Notes under the pieces: generated by a model
What the model was told of the DNA's origin: nothing
The model's database searches: none
What the model saw: the letters and a program-made list of their open reading frames with translations, nothing else
In this document: piece after piece, positions 47,070 through 56,828 of the stretch
How positions within the stretch are numbered: position 1 is the first letter of the stretch
How the letters are laid out: the number at the start of each line of letters is the position of its first letter
Source of the DNA: Acholeplasmataceae bacterium
Lineage (GTDB): Bacteria; Bacillota_I; Bacilli_A; Acholeplasmatales; Acholeplasmataceae
Direction of reading: 5' to 3'
Assembly: GCA_963667565.1 (NCBI GenBank)
Contig: OY763415.1
Span: forward strand, 960,001 to 1,024,000
Length of the DNA: 64,000 nt
Position numbers and translations under genes: made by a program

Positions 47070-47680
47070 GAAAAATGTTTTTTAATTTTGTTTTCTAGTG
47101 TTTTTTTTCGTTCTGAGACTGTACTCTTTGATACACTTAATCTTGCACAGACTTCAGCTTGACTCAATTCTTCTATATAAATAAGGTTGAATAGCTCTTG
47201 CATTGATTTTGGTAAGGTAGCAACATAATCTCTTATTAACTCAAGCTGCTCTTCGTAGGAGTCGTCTTTGTCTTGATCCACACTCATTGAAGCTTCATAC
47301 AGTAATCTACTTTTTTCATTTAATGAATCGTCATCATCACCAAATGCATCAAGACTTATGATTTTATTAGGTCTTTCATATGGGTTCGGTTCGTTAGGAT
47401 GCTCAACTGCCCATACCTTTTTATTTGCGATACGAATTTTTCTTTCTTGATTATCTTCACAGTTGATATATTTCAAGTTGGATCTCACTTCTGCATCATC
47501 ATGTCTATGTAATTGACTAATTGAGAGTTCAGTGATAGATGCATCAACTACTACAGAAACAACTCCTTTAGTCGCAGATATTGTGGTGCTCTTTCCTGGC
47601 TCAAATATTACCTTGTCTCCATTAGTACAGAAATAGGTGTAAGTCATTCTTTGTGATTCTGGGGTTTTACGTAGTTTCAT
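47033..47680 (-). CDS. Sigma-70 region 4 domain protein (phage sigma-like activator)
   Basis: ISLD...LPKSMQELFNLIYIEELSQAEVCARLSVSKSTVS. Confidence 0.8.
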   Translation of the reverse strand: MKLRKTPESQRMTYTYFCTNGDKVIFEPGKSTTISATKGVVSVVVDASITELSISQLHRHDDAEVRSNLKYINCEDNQERKIRIANKKVWAVEHPNEPNPYERPNKIISLDAFGDDDDSLNEKSRLLYEASMSVDQDKDDSYEEQLELIRDYVATLPKSMQELFNLIYIEELSQAEVCARLSVSKSTVSERKKTLENKIKKHFSKKPELFGKNAD

Positions 47681-48078
47681 AAAAAAATATCTCCTTCTTT
47701 AGTTTTTGGCTAAATGGAGATACTCTTTTCAAAGTATGTAGGCAGTTTCGAGGCATCGCAAAAAGAATGGTTATTTGAGTATATCCATTTATTTTGCAGC
47801 TGACGTCCCAACGTTTACTGCAGTTATTCAGTTTATAGCATTACCCTCTGGGAGTTAGTTAATTAGACTAACGAAGATAAAGCTATTTGGTACTTGATTA
47901 GTTCGTGAACGCAAATTTTTTGTTTGCATTCAGTTGTTACTTAAAGTCTAAAATGTTATAATTAAATATAATAAATAATTGATTTATCAAAAAACATTCC
48001 TTAACTGACTTCATTATAAATCAAGTACTTTTAATCTTTATGGGCACACAATGGGCATCATTTTAGGAGGAGATATTT

Positions 48079-48966
48079 GTGGATACATTATGCTTTGCAA
48101 CGTTTGTAGATATTCTTAGACCTTGTCTAGAAGGAAAAGTTGGAAAAACAAAATTTATAGAGCGTCTTTTACAACCAATAATTGAGAGTGAAAATATTTT
48201 AAACGAAAAAGGAGAACCTCTTATAATAGACTTTGATTTAACATCTAAATGGATGACTAGAAAAAGAAATATTAATAGTAAAATTCAGTTAGTACTCAAC
48301 AAACAGAAAGTAGTAACAATTATAAATAATATCTTTAAAAATGATATTTTTGATAGTTTTGATGTTGGAAAGGAACAAGATTTTTTAAATAATTTGCATG
48401 AATTAATTAACCAAGACTCTACAATTACAGATACTAAAAAATCTCAGTTTACCGATTTAACTATTCCTGCTACTGATAGAATGACTAATATTTTCATTCA
48501 TGTGCTTCAAGCTGAAAATAAAACTGAAGATAGAGGATGGTTAACAAACCTATATCGAGGAAGCATTGAAGATGAAGTAAAAATAGTACTGGATAAATTG
48601 GCTCAAGATAAGCGTTCTGATATAAAAAAAGAACTCAAATATACTCCTACTTCTTTCAAAAATAAAATCGAAGAGGATAATCATGAGTTAATTGATAAAG
48701 TTGAATATAATGTGATTTATTACTATGTGATTAGAGACTATTTTGCAGAGCTTGAAGGAGTTAACGACTCAAACTTTGATAAAGTTGCTAAACACATTCG
48801 CAAACAGTACGAAGGATTGAAAAAAGCAGGTCTTTCACAAGATTCAATTCACGATAATATGACTGATATGATAGTTAAGAAAACTTCTGCATCAAGAGCC
48901 ACTTGCGAAAAAATAGTTGCTTTCTTTATACAGGATTGTGAGGTGTATGATGAAATTACCAAATAA
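48079..48966 (+). CDS. ABC-three-component system CTD-containing protein (LmuA-like position)
   Basis: C-terminal IVAFFIQDCEVY signature; overlaps the middle-component gene. Confidence 0.7.
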   Translation: MDTLCFATFVDILRPCLEGKVGKTKFIERLLQPIIESENILNEKGEPLIIDFDLTSKWMTRKRNINSKIQLVLNKQKVVTIINNIFKNDIFDSFDVGKEQDFLNNLHELINQDSTITDTKKSQFTDLTIPATDRMTNIFIHVLQAENKTEDRGWLTNLYRGSIEDEVKIVLDKLAQDKRSDIKKELKYTPTSFKNKIEEDNHELIDKVEYNVIYYYVIRDYFAELEGVNDSNFDKVAKHIRKQYEGLKKAGLSQDSIHDNMTDMIVKKTSASRATCEKIVAFFIQDCEVYDEITK

Positions 48967-49189
48967 AATAATTAAGTTTGAAGATAGTATATTAGCAAAA
49001 TTACCCATCATCCTCTCGGTTCTCGAAATTGAGAATAAATCAATTACAGAGTTGTATAATGAGGTGAAAAATGAAGTTGATAGTATAGCCGATTTTACAG
49101 ACATATTGTGTTGCTTATACGCACTCAATAAAATCGAATTTGATGAAAGCTCAGGAGGTTTAAGATATGTTGAAAGAAATATGGAGTAA
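48947..49189 (+). CDS. ABC-three-component middle component
   Basis: LPNK...SIL...LCCLYALNKI; lies between the CTD and ATPase genes. Confidence 0.7.
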   Translation: MMKLPNKIIKFEDSILAKLPIILSVLEIENKSITELYNEVKNEVDSIADFTDILCCLYALNKIEFDESSGGLRYVERNME

Positions 49190-50810
49190 TAAATTTATTT
49201 CACATGGCAAAGTAAGAGATAAAATTCTTTTCAATGAAAACCTTAATGTAGTTCTAGGTGCAGATGATGCAGCAAACTCAATAGGTAAATCGACATTCTT
49301 AATGGTTATTGATTTTGTTTTCGGTGGAAAAGACTATATTAATCAAGATACTAATGTGATCAAAAATGTGGGACATCATTCAATTAATTTTAAATTTGTT
49401 TTTAATGATATATCCTATTATTTTTCAAGAAATACTGAAGATATAAATACTGTTTCTAAATGTGATGCTAACTATAGTGAAACAGATAAGATGTCCATAG
49501 ATGACTATAAATCGTTCCTTTATGATAAATATGAATTAAAATTGCCATATACTACTTTTAGAAATGTTGTTTCTAGATATCTTAGAATTTATGGGAGAGA
49601 CAATTCAAATGAAAAGCGTCCATTACACGGCTTTCCAAATGAAAAAACAGGTGATCCTGTTAATTCACTCATTCAGTTATTCAACAAATACGCAACTATT
49701 CAGGACTATCAAAAGGCGTTGAATGAAGCAAATGAGATTAAAAACGCACATTCTAAAGCCCAAAAATACACACTTATACCAAAAATCACAAAAACTGAGT
49801 ATTCAAAAAATATAAACAAAATTCGTGAATTGGAATTAGAACTTGAGCAAATTCAATATGCAAAAGATGATATATTAGCTGCTTCTGATGAATTTGCTGA
49901 TGATTTTATAAAATTAAAAAAAGAGCGTCAAAAACTAATCAGGCAGCAAACAACTTTGTCTAATGAGTTAAAGCTGGTTAGCAGAGAAATAAAAAAGGTT
50001 ATTAATCAAAATAACTATGATGAATTAGCAAGATTCTTTGAAAATGTTAATATCAAACATCTTGATGAAATCAATAATTTTCACAGCCAATTGTATGATA
50101 TTTTACAAATAGAATTCAACGAAGCAAAAACAAGTATCCAAAATAAAATTGATGATATTATGGATCAGATTAGAAGTATTGATAATCAGATAGTAGCTAC
50201 TGGTTATTCACAAACTGTTCCTAAAAGTCTCGTTATGAGAATTTCTGCAATCTCTACTGAGATTAGAGAATTAAGAAATCAAAATAATCAATATGACAAA
50301 TCTATCGATTTTAAAGATGTTTCTGAAAAAAGGAAAATAGATTTAGTTTCAATTAGAAAAAATATTGTAGAAAGCATAGCAACTACAATAAATGAAAAGA
50401 TGGATGAAATTAATGATTTAATCTATGAAGGTAAAAAAACACCTCCAAGAGTTACTTTTCACGATAACAATGATTATACATTTGAAGTTATAAACGATTC
50501 TGGAACTGGATCTAGATATAGAGGAATGCTGATTTATGATTTGGTTATCCTACAAAAGACTGTATTACCTATTTTAATTCACGACTCCTTCTTATTTAAG
50601 AACGTCGAAGATCACGCAATTGAAGTAATATTAGAAAATTACAAAAGTGCTAATAAGCAAGTATTCATATCTCTCGATAAAATAGGTTCATATAGTGCTA
50701 TATCGCAAAAAGTTTTGAAAGATAATGAAGTACTATATCTATCACCTGAAGGCAATGAATTATTTGGTTGGTCTTGGAATACAAAAGAACAAATAACAGA
50801 TCAAGAATAA
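49167..50810 (+). CDS. SMC-like ABC ATPase (DUF2326, LmuB-like)
   Basis: NSIGKST Walker A, long coiled coil, SGTG signature, LIHDS Walker B. Confidence 0.85.
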   Translation: MLKEIWSNKFISHGKVRDKILFNENLNVVLGADDAANSIGKSTFLMVIDFVFGGKDYINQDTNVIKNVGHHSINFKFVFNDISYYFSRNTEDINTVSKCDANYSETDKMSIDDYKSFLYDKYELKLPYTTFRNVVSRYLRIYGRDNSNEKRPLHGFPNEKTGDPVNSLIQLFNKYATIQDYQKALNEANEIKNAHSKAQKYTLIPKITKTEYSKNINKIRELELELEQIQYAKDDILAASDEFADDFIKLKKERQKLIRQQTTLSNELKLVSREIKKVINQNNYDELARFFENVNIKHLDEINNFHSQLYDILQIEFNEAKTSIQNKIDDIMDQIRSIDNQIVATGYSQTVPKSLVMRISAISTEIRELRNQNNQYDKSIDFKDVSEKRKIDLVSIRKNIVESIATTINEKMDEINDLIYEGKKTPPRVTFHDNNDYTFEVINDSGTGSRYRGMLIYDLVILQKTVLPILIHDSFLFKNVEDHAIEVILENYKSANKQVFISLDKIGSYSAISQKVLKDNEVLYLSPEGNELFGWSWNTKEQITDQE

Positions 50811-50829
50811 TAGAAAGTAGGTAAAACTA

Positions 50830-51030
50830 ATGGTTAGTTATAATAAGTTATGGAAACTACTAATTGATAAGGGTATAAATAAAAAAGAGCTTATCAGGCT
50901 CTCTGGAGTTAGTTCTTCTTCAATTGCAAAATTAACAAAAGGTCAAAATGTAACTACCGATGTATTGTGCAAGATCTGTGAAACATTAGAATGTGATTTC
51001 AAAGATATTATGGAGTATGTAGGTAAATAA
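50830..51030 (+). CDS. Small XRE/Cro-like HTH regulator
   Basis: SYNKLWKLLIDK...ICETLECDFKDIME. Confidence 0.85.
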   Translation: MVSYNKLWKLLIDKGINKKELIRLSGVSSSSIAKLTKGQNVTTDVLCKICETLECDFKDIMEYVGK

Positions 51031-51082
51031 AAAAGGCGACTCAACTCAATTAAGAGCTGGGTCGCTATACTTTTATATGTGA

Positions 51083-51931
51083 TTACCTTGGATATACTTC
51101 TTCTAATGTTTTAGATTCTTTTGTTTTCCAAACTTTCCATCCACTATTACTACCCAATGAAACAATATCAGCTGCAGTACTTGGCGAATTGAATGCATAG
51201 TCCTTCACGAACACAAGTTCATCATTAATTTCTTTAATGACGCCATCATCGATTAATTTGTCTCTGAATTTAATTTCATTTGAATTAACCTTATGTTTTG
51301 TTGGATTTTGTCTACTAATAGACCCTTTTAACACTATAAATTTTTCATCTACGTACACACCCTCTGCATTCCATAAACCATCTTTATTTTGGAAATAGAA
51401 TCTAGGATTTTCATCTAAGTCTTCTTTTGCAACTTCAGGTACAAAAATATTGAATCCAAGTGCTTTGATAAGAGTCTGAATTGTCTCAAAATAAATGAGG
51501 CATTCGTTCATCTTGGATTCAGGTATAGTCGTTGATTTACCATTATTACCGTTATGAACCACAAATCTATCCACTTCTTTTGCTTTTTCAATCATTAACT
51601 GCTCAAGAAATGTTAAGTGAGCTTTATCGAAAATACCACCTAAATTTTGAATTGTGTATGCAGACTCCCAGAAGTCTTTTTCTTTTTTGTGTTGATTTAA
51701 ACGTACATATAATGATTCAGTTTCACCAATATAGACCGAATTGTTACCATCGTTATCTTTACCAACTAAAATATAACACCCCATACGCTCGAGTTCTTTA
51801 CGTTGATTTTCAATTTCTGATTTTGCTACGTAAACTATTCTTATTGCTTCAGTAGTTATTCTTGCTTGACTGGTTTTACTTGCATCTCCGGTTGGTAAAT
51901 ATATTTCTATTGTTTTAGCTAATATCATCAT
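51083..51931 (-). CDS. GIY-YIG nuclease with DUF4357-like C-terminal domain
   Basis: GCYIL...YIGET; FNSPSTAA...GWKVWK. Confidence 0.85.
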   Translation of the reverse strand: MMILAKTIEIYLPTGDASKTSQARITTEAIRIVYVAKSEIENQRKELERMGCYILVGKDNDGNNSVYIGETESLYVRLNQHKKEKDFWESAYTIQNLGGIFDKAHLTFLEQLMIEKAKEVDRFVVHNGNNGKSTTIPESKMNECLIYFETIQTLIKALGFNIFVPEVAKEDLDENPRFYFQNKDGLWNAEGVYVDEKFIVLKGSISRQNPTKHKVNSNEIKFRDKLIDDGVIKEINDELVFVKDYAFNSPSTAADIVSLGSNSGWKVWKTKESKTLEEVYPR

Positions 51932-51944
51932 CGATCACCTAGAT

Positions 51945-52577
51945 TCATAACAAATATTCTAATAGGTTATCCTCAAAAAAATCTAACAAACTACCTTCGT
52001 CATCAGTATCTCTCCACATAAAATAGTTTTTTTCGTAACCTTGATACCAAAATGCTACTTCTCTATTTCTTCTAGGATCTCTTGTAATATCTCCTACAAA
52101 AACTATCCAAAATGGCAAAATTTCATCTACAATTCTACTTTCCTCACGAATTGTTTTCAACAATCCAGGTGTAAAGTATTTGCAACTTCTTTCATGAGCG
52201 TTTCCTCTACCTGCAGCCATATCAGTAGTTTCGACCCATCCATCCTGTCGTTTTATTTCTCCGAACAATATTTTTCCGCTTTTAATATTTCGAATTGCGA
52301 AGTCCATACTAATTCCCCACGAATATTTTGGCTTGCCATTTGCTGCTTTTTCGTTAATATTTATGTTATAGATTTTTCTAAGTGTATCGTCTTTCAGAGG
52401 ATATTTGGAATAAATATCTCCAAATTCAGTCGGATGTCTATCAACAATAAATTCACCAGGATAAACCGAATCAAGTGCTGATTGTAATACTACTTGAAAC
52501 CTTTCTTCAGTTTTAAGCGCCTTTGCACCACTAATTGTCTGCCAATTAGCTCTTTTTCTTAACTCTGAACTAGCCAT
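51945..52577 (-). CDS. MunI-like type II restriction endonuclease (probable CAATTG specificity)
   Basis: DFAI...GEIKRQDGW...AGRGNAHERSCK and GDITRDP match my recollection of R.MunI. Confidence 0.85.
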   Translation of the reverse strand: MASSELRKRANWQTISGAKALKTEERFQVVLQSALDSVYPGEFIVDRHPTEFGDIYSKYPLKDDTLRKIYNININEKAANGKPKYSWGISMDFAIRNIKSGKILFGEIKRQDGWVETTDMAAGRGNAHERSCKYFTPGLLKTIREESRIVDEILPFWIVFVGDITRDPRRNREVAFWYQGYEKNYFMWRDTDDEGSLLDFFEDNLLEYLL

Positions 52578-52783
52578 ATTTTCCCCTTTTCAAATTTTTA
52601 CAAATACACACTTAACAACTTTCAATATTGTTGTATATATTGTATAATATTATATATGCATTTATTATATCAAATATCGGTTTTTTGCACAATCTAAACT
52701 ATATAAACAAATGATTGATATTGACTTTACTTTTAGAGAAGAGTATTTTAATATGCAACTAGAAGTTATTAAGGAGGACGAAA

Positions 52784-53512
52784 ATGCCAGACGTAAAAAA
52801 AGAAATAACTGCTTATTCAATCTATAATGAACAAGCAAAAAACAGGACAAAAGTGAATCCATTGGATGACCTATATCCAAGATTGCCTAATGAAAAGTAT
52901 GATATTATATACGCAGATCCACCTTGGGATTATGGTGGAAAGATGCAATATGATAAATCTACTATCAAATCTGAAAATGAAGGATTCAAAAGAACAATAT
53001 TTATTAGTTCAGCTTCGTTCAAATACCCGACTGTGAAACTAAAAGATTTGAAAACATTAGATGTGAATTCCATTGCAGCAGATGATTGTTTGTTGTTCAT
53101 GTGGACAACTGGCCCACAAATGGCAAATTCCATCGAATTAGGACAAGCTTGGGGATTTGAGTATAAAACCGTAGCTTTTGTATGGGATAAAATGGTTCAT
53201 AATCCAGGACAATATACTCTATCGCAAACAGAGATGTGTTTAGTGTTTAAAAAGGGTAGAATTCCAAAACCAAGAGGAATAAGAAATGCTAGACAATTCT
53301 TCCAACATCCTAGAGGAAAACATAGCGAAAAACCAACAGAAGTTATTACAAACATCACTAACATGTTCCCAAAACAAAAAAAGATCGAGCTATTTGCTAG
53401 AGAAAATTATTTTGGTTGGGATAACTGGGGTTTAGAAATCCCTGATTCAAAGATCGACATTCCGACGAATGCAGAAATTGAAGAAAAAAATATTAGTTTT
53501 TTTGATGAATGA
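52784..53512 (+). CDS. MT-A70-family adenine methyltransferase (M.MunI-like)
   Basis: ADPPW, HSEKP and IELFAR motifs; divergent from the endonuclease gene. Confidence 0.9.
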   Translation: MPDVKKEITAYSIYNEQAKNRTKVNPLDDLYPRLPNEKYDIIYADPPWDYGGKMQYDKSTIKSENEGFKRTIFISSASFKYPTVKLKDLKTLDVNSIAADDCLLFMWTTGPQMANSIELGQAWGFEYKTVAFVWDKMVHNPGQYTLSQTEMCLVFKKGRIPKPRGIRNARQFFQHPRGKHSEKPTEVITNITNMFPKQKKIELFARENYFGWDNWGLEIPDSKIDIPTNAEIEEKNISFFDE

Positions 53513-53542
53513 CCCAGATGACAATGTCTGGGTTTTTCTTTT
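53513..53542 (+). terminator. Intrinsic terminator
   Basis: CCCAGA...TCTGGG followed by a T-rich tract. Confidence 0.65.
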
Positions 53543-53586
53543 GAATATTCCTCATGGTATAATCGTTTTGTCGAGTAAAATATCAA

Positions 53587-53657
53587 ATCGTGTAAAATCA
53601 TGAGCAAATCGTGTAAATCTGACTTCAAATCGTGTAAATCTGACTTTAAATCGTGTA
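53587..53657 (+). repeat. Four ATCGTGTA repeats, 21-bp period
   Basis: Copies at 53587, 53608, 53629 and 53650. Confidence 0.9.
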
Positions 53658-53754
53658 GAAAATTAGTCTTTTTTAATGTTTTTGACCTTATTCTATTCTA
53701 TTAAATTGATCTACCATGGAAAGTGAAAGTCGAGAAGAAGCTTTATTAAGGCGT

Positions 53755-53785
53755 AAAAAAAGGACTGATAAATTGTATCAATCCT
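53755..53785 (-). terminator. Element-supplied terminator for tRNA-Leu
   Basis: GGATTGATA-CAATT-TATCAGTCC followed by T7, immediately downstream of the tRNA. Confidence 0.75.
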
Positions 53786-53823
53786 GTTCTTCTTATATGG
53801 TGCGGACGATGAGACTTGAACTC
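53774..53823. other. att-like site (P|tRNA type), right island boundary
   Basis: Left half identical to 3675-3698 and 9363-9386; central TG 53798-53799 is the terminal CA of the tRNA. Confidence 0.85.
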
Positions 53824-53887
53824 ACACGGGCGATTACTTGCCCACAAGCCCCTCAAACTTGCGTGTCTACCATTCCACCACATCCGC
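53798..53887 (-). tRNA. tRNA-Leu (GAG)
   Basis: Acceptor stem GCGGATG/CGTCCGC-ACCA, anticodon loop TTGAGGG, long variable arm, TTCAAGT T-loop; TTGAAT/TATAAT promoter upstream. Confidence 0.95.
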
Positions 53888-53973
53888 ATTGCCTTTTGAT
53901 TATAACATATTTTTTTAATCATTCAAATAGATTTATTTCAAAAATAAAAAAGGTGCCGATTGGCACCTATTTA

Positions 53974-55635
53974 CTATTCAACTGAAATGATATAACTATA
54001 AATCTCTTGTTGACCTTCAATCACATCAACATCTAAATCAGGATTTAATTGTTTCGCATAAGCAACAATTGCTTCTAACTCATCTTCATCAGTTTCAAGA
54101 CCATAGAAGATAGTGATGATTTCTCTGTCTTCATTAATCATATCATCTAGCAATTTCTTAGCAGTTTCTACTCTACTTTGAGTAGCTACTTTGATTTTAC
54201 CTTCGGTAATACCAATGAAATCGCCTTTTTTGATTTGTACACCACCAAGTTCGGTATCTCTAACTGCATATGTAATCTCACCTGATCTCATCTTAGAAAC
54301 AATTTCAGTCATCTCTTCAATGTTATCATCAATTTCTTGAGTTGGATCAAATGCCATGAGTGATGTATATCCTTGTGCAATACTCTTTGTATGAAGTACT
54401 CTAACTGTTTTACCTTCAACTAAATCAATGGTTTGCTCAGCTGACATAATGATATTTTTATTATTAGGTAAAATAATAACATTGTCACAATTAAGTGTTT
54501 GAACAGCTTTAACAAAATCTTCAGTAGATGGATTCATCGTTTGTCCACCGTCGACAATAAGATCAACACCTAATTCTTTAAATGCTTCTTTGATTCCTTC
54601 GCCTGATGCGACTGCTAGAATACCATATTTAGATTTTTTTTCTACTTTAGTTGAAACTTTAGTAGGTTCTTGATGATTACCCATGATTGTTGAATGTTGT
54701 AAACGCATATTTTCAACTTTAATGGTTTGAATATCACCATATTTTTGTGAAAGTGTTAATGCAACACCTGGTTGATTTGTGTGTACGTGTACTTTTAATA
54801 AATCATCATCAGTAACAACAACTAATGAATCACCCATTTGTGATAAAGGTTCCTTCATCAAGTTTTCATCAAAAGTTTCTGGATGATGAAGTTTGACAAT
54901 AAACTCTGTACAATATCCATATTTAATATCAATATCACCAAGGTTTTCAGCACCATGGAAATGTTCATGCACTGCTTGTGTTGTTGGTTGAACATCAGCT
55001 TCAGCAAGCATGTTACCTTCTAATGCCATGATCATACCTTCGATAATTTTAATGAAACCTGCTCCACCACTATCGACAACTCCTGCTTCTTTTAACACAG
55101 GTAGTAAATCTGGTGTTTTAATAAGTGTTGCTTTAGCTTGTTCTAAATAAATTTTTAAAACATCTTCTACACTTTTTAAATTAGGTTGTTCTAATAATAC
55201 TTTTTCTGCTGATTCTCTAACGACGGTTAAAATGGTTCCTTCAACTGGATCCATCACGGCACGATATGCCATTTGGTATCCACCAACAAGGGCTTTGATA
55301 AATTCTTCAATTGTTGCACTACCATTATCAATTTTTGCAATTTCAGAATAAACTCCGCGGAAAAATTGCGAGAGGATAACACCTGAGTTTCCTCTAGCAC
55401 CCATTAAGAGTCCTCTTGATAAAATTTTTGAAATATCGATAATAGATTGTGAATCTAAATTGTTGACTTCTTTAATACCAGCCATCATTGTCATTTGCAT
55501 GTTTGTTCCTGTGTCTCCGTCTGGGACTGGGAAAACATTAAGATGGTCGATTTCCTTGTGATTGTTTTTCAAGTTTACTGCACCGTTTGTTACCATTTTT
55601 TTAAATAGAGATCCGCTGACCGTTTGGTTCGCCAT
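53974..55635 (-). CDS. fakA: Fatty acid kinase subunit A (DAK2/YloV family)
   Basis: LNVFPVPDGDTGTNM, GARGNSG, YCTEF and GGQTMNPS motifs. Confidence 0.93.
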   Translation of the reverse strand: MANQTVSGSLFKKMVTNGAVNLKNNHKEIDHLNVFPVPDGDTGTNMQMTMMAGIKEVNNLDSQSIIDISKILSRGLLMGARGNSGVILSQFFRGVYSEIAKIDNGSATIEEFIKALVGGYQMAYRAVMDPVEGTILTVVRESAEKVLLEQPNLKSVEDVLKIYLEQAKATLIKTPDLLPVLKEAGVVDSGGAGFIKIIEGMIMALEGNMLAEADVQPTTQAVHEHFHGAENLGDIDIKYGYCTEFIVKLHHPETFDENLMKEPLSQMGDSLVVVTDDDLLKVHVHTNQPGVALTLSQKYGDIQTIKVENMRLQHSTIMGNHQEPTKVSTKVEKKSKYGILAVASGEGIKEAFKELGVDLIVDGGQTMNPSTEDFVKAVQTLNCDNVIILPNNKNIIMSAEQTIDLVEGKTVRVLHTKSIAQGYTSLMAFDPTQEIDDNIEEMTEIVSKMRSGEITYAVRDTELGGVQIKKGDFIGITEGKIKVATQSRVETAKKLLDDMINEDREIITIFYGLETDEDELEAIVAYAKQLNPDLDVDVIEGQQEIYSYIISVE

Positions 55636-55940
55636 AATTGATCCTCCTAGATTTTGAACGCGTATAACATCTCTTAATATAAAGATTAAATTTTTGGTTT
55701 TTCATATAAGGTCATTAATTACAATACTTAATAAGTATAGCATTGTGATTTTTAAAATGCAATATTTGTTTACATTTTAGCATTCTTATTATATCACACA
55801 TGAAACATTTTGACACTCAAAATTATATAAATATATAATATAGGAACATTTTTATGAATTATTTCTAAATATTTTAAATGAATGTGTTGCTTTTTTTCAT
55901 CTTCTATGTTAAATTGAATTGTGCAGTTAGGAGTGAGAGT

Positions 55941-56129
55941 ATGGCTAAATGCTATGTAACAGGAAAATCAACAGTATTTGGAAACAAACGTAGTCATGCG
56001 TTAAATGCAACACGCAGAACTTGGAAGAGCAATTTACAAACTATCAGAATTAAAGACGAAGATGGAAACATTAAAAAAGTTAAAGTTTCAGCAAGAGCTC
56101 TTAAAAAACACAATTTAGAACGTGTTTAA
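55941..56129 (+). CDS. rpmB: 50S ribosomal protein L28
   Basis: MAKCYVTGK...GNKRSHA...RRTWKSNLQ. Confidence 0.95.
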   Translation: MAKCYVTGKSTVFGNKRSHALNATRRTWKSNLQTIRIKDEDGNIKKVKVSARALKKHNLERV

Positions 56130-56222
56130 TAAAAGTTAATGACGTTATTCCAATAAAAACGTTCTTCTGTAACGTTTTTTATTTGAACAAAAGAAAAGGT
56201 GGAGAATATCCACCTTTTTCTT

Positions 56223-56828
56223 TTAGTCTTTGATAGTTTTAATCATGAGTACACTACCTTCATGAACTTCTAGTATTGCATGCTCTAATGTCTCATTACT
56301 AATACCGATTGGATCAAATTGACCCATATGGTAATGGTCTAATTCATATTTAAAATGCTTAAGTGAAATGATAGCTTTAGGATATCCAAAAAACGATATA
56401 TAACCATCATAAAAGGGGATATGATTTAAAGAAACATTCACTCTATTGATGACTGAATAATCGTCAATGATAACAAGATTTTCAAACTCATTAAATAATG
56501 ATAAATTTGCCATATAATGTTCGATTCTTTGTCCACCAATACCACCAATCATAATAAGTTCATCAGCATTTAATTTTTTTGCTTCAATGAGTGCTTGATA
56601 TGTATCCGTCACATCTTTAATTGGGCTTAATTCAACTTTGTTTAATTGAGTTAATATACCAGGATTTTTAAGTGAGTCAAAATCTCCAACAGCTAGGTCA
56701 ATCTTTATTCTTTGTTTGTACATTGAAAGAATGGCTTGATCGACACCAATGATATAATCAGTATCTTCAAATTTAAATATTTTTCTAACATCTTTTGGTG
56801 TAGGATGTGTGATAACAATGACTCTCAT
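56223..56828 (-). CDS. thiN: Thiamine pyrophosphokinase
   Basis: VGDFDS, KDVTD and GISNE motifs. Confidence 0.88.
   Translation of the reverse strand: MRVIVITHPTPKDVRKIFKFEDTDYIIGVDQAILSMYKQRIKIDLAVGDFDSLKNPGILTQLNKVELSPIKDVTDTYQALIEAKKLNADELIMIGGIGGQRIEHYMANLSLFNEFENLVIIDDYSVINRVNVSLNHIPFYDGYISFFGYPKAIISLKHFKYELDHYHMGQFDPIGISNETLEHAILEVHEGSVLMIKTIKD

Larger units (their letters stand above)
312..53797. mobile_element. Composite island (prophage plus tandem non-autonomous cassettes) integrated at the 3' CCA end of tRNA-Leu
   Basis: Bounded by directly repeated cores ...CTTCTTATATG at 301-311 and 53789-53799. The right core abuts the tRNA CCA. Further copies lie at 3690-3700 and 9378-9388. 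Confidence 0.85.
10713..53797 (-). mobile_element. Temperate siphovirus-like prophage (HK97-type head); left boundary apparently lost by fusion with the cassette A copy
   Basis: Ordered replication, packaging, head, tail, holin-like and recombinase modules on the minus strand. Confidence 0.9.

Noticed and set aside
53716..53985. 89-aa ORF
   Set aside because: It is the antisense shadow of tRNA-Leu and the att arm.
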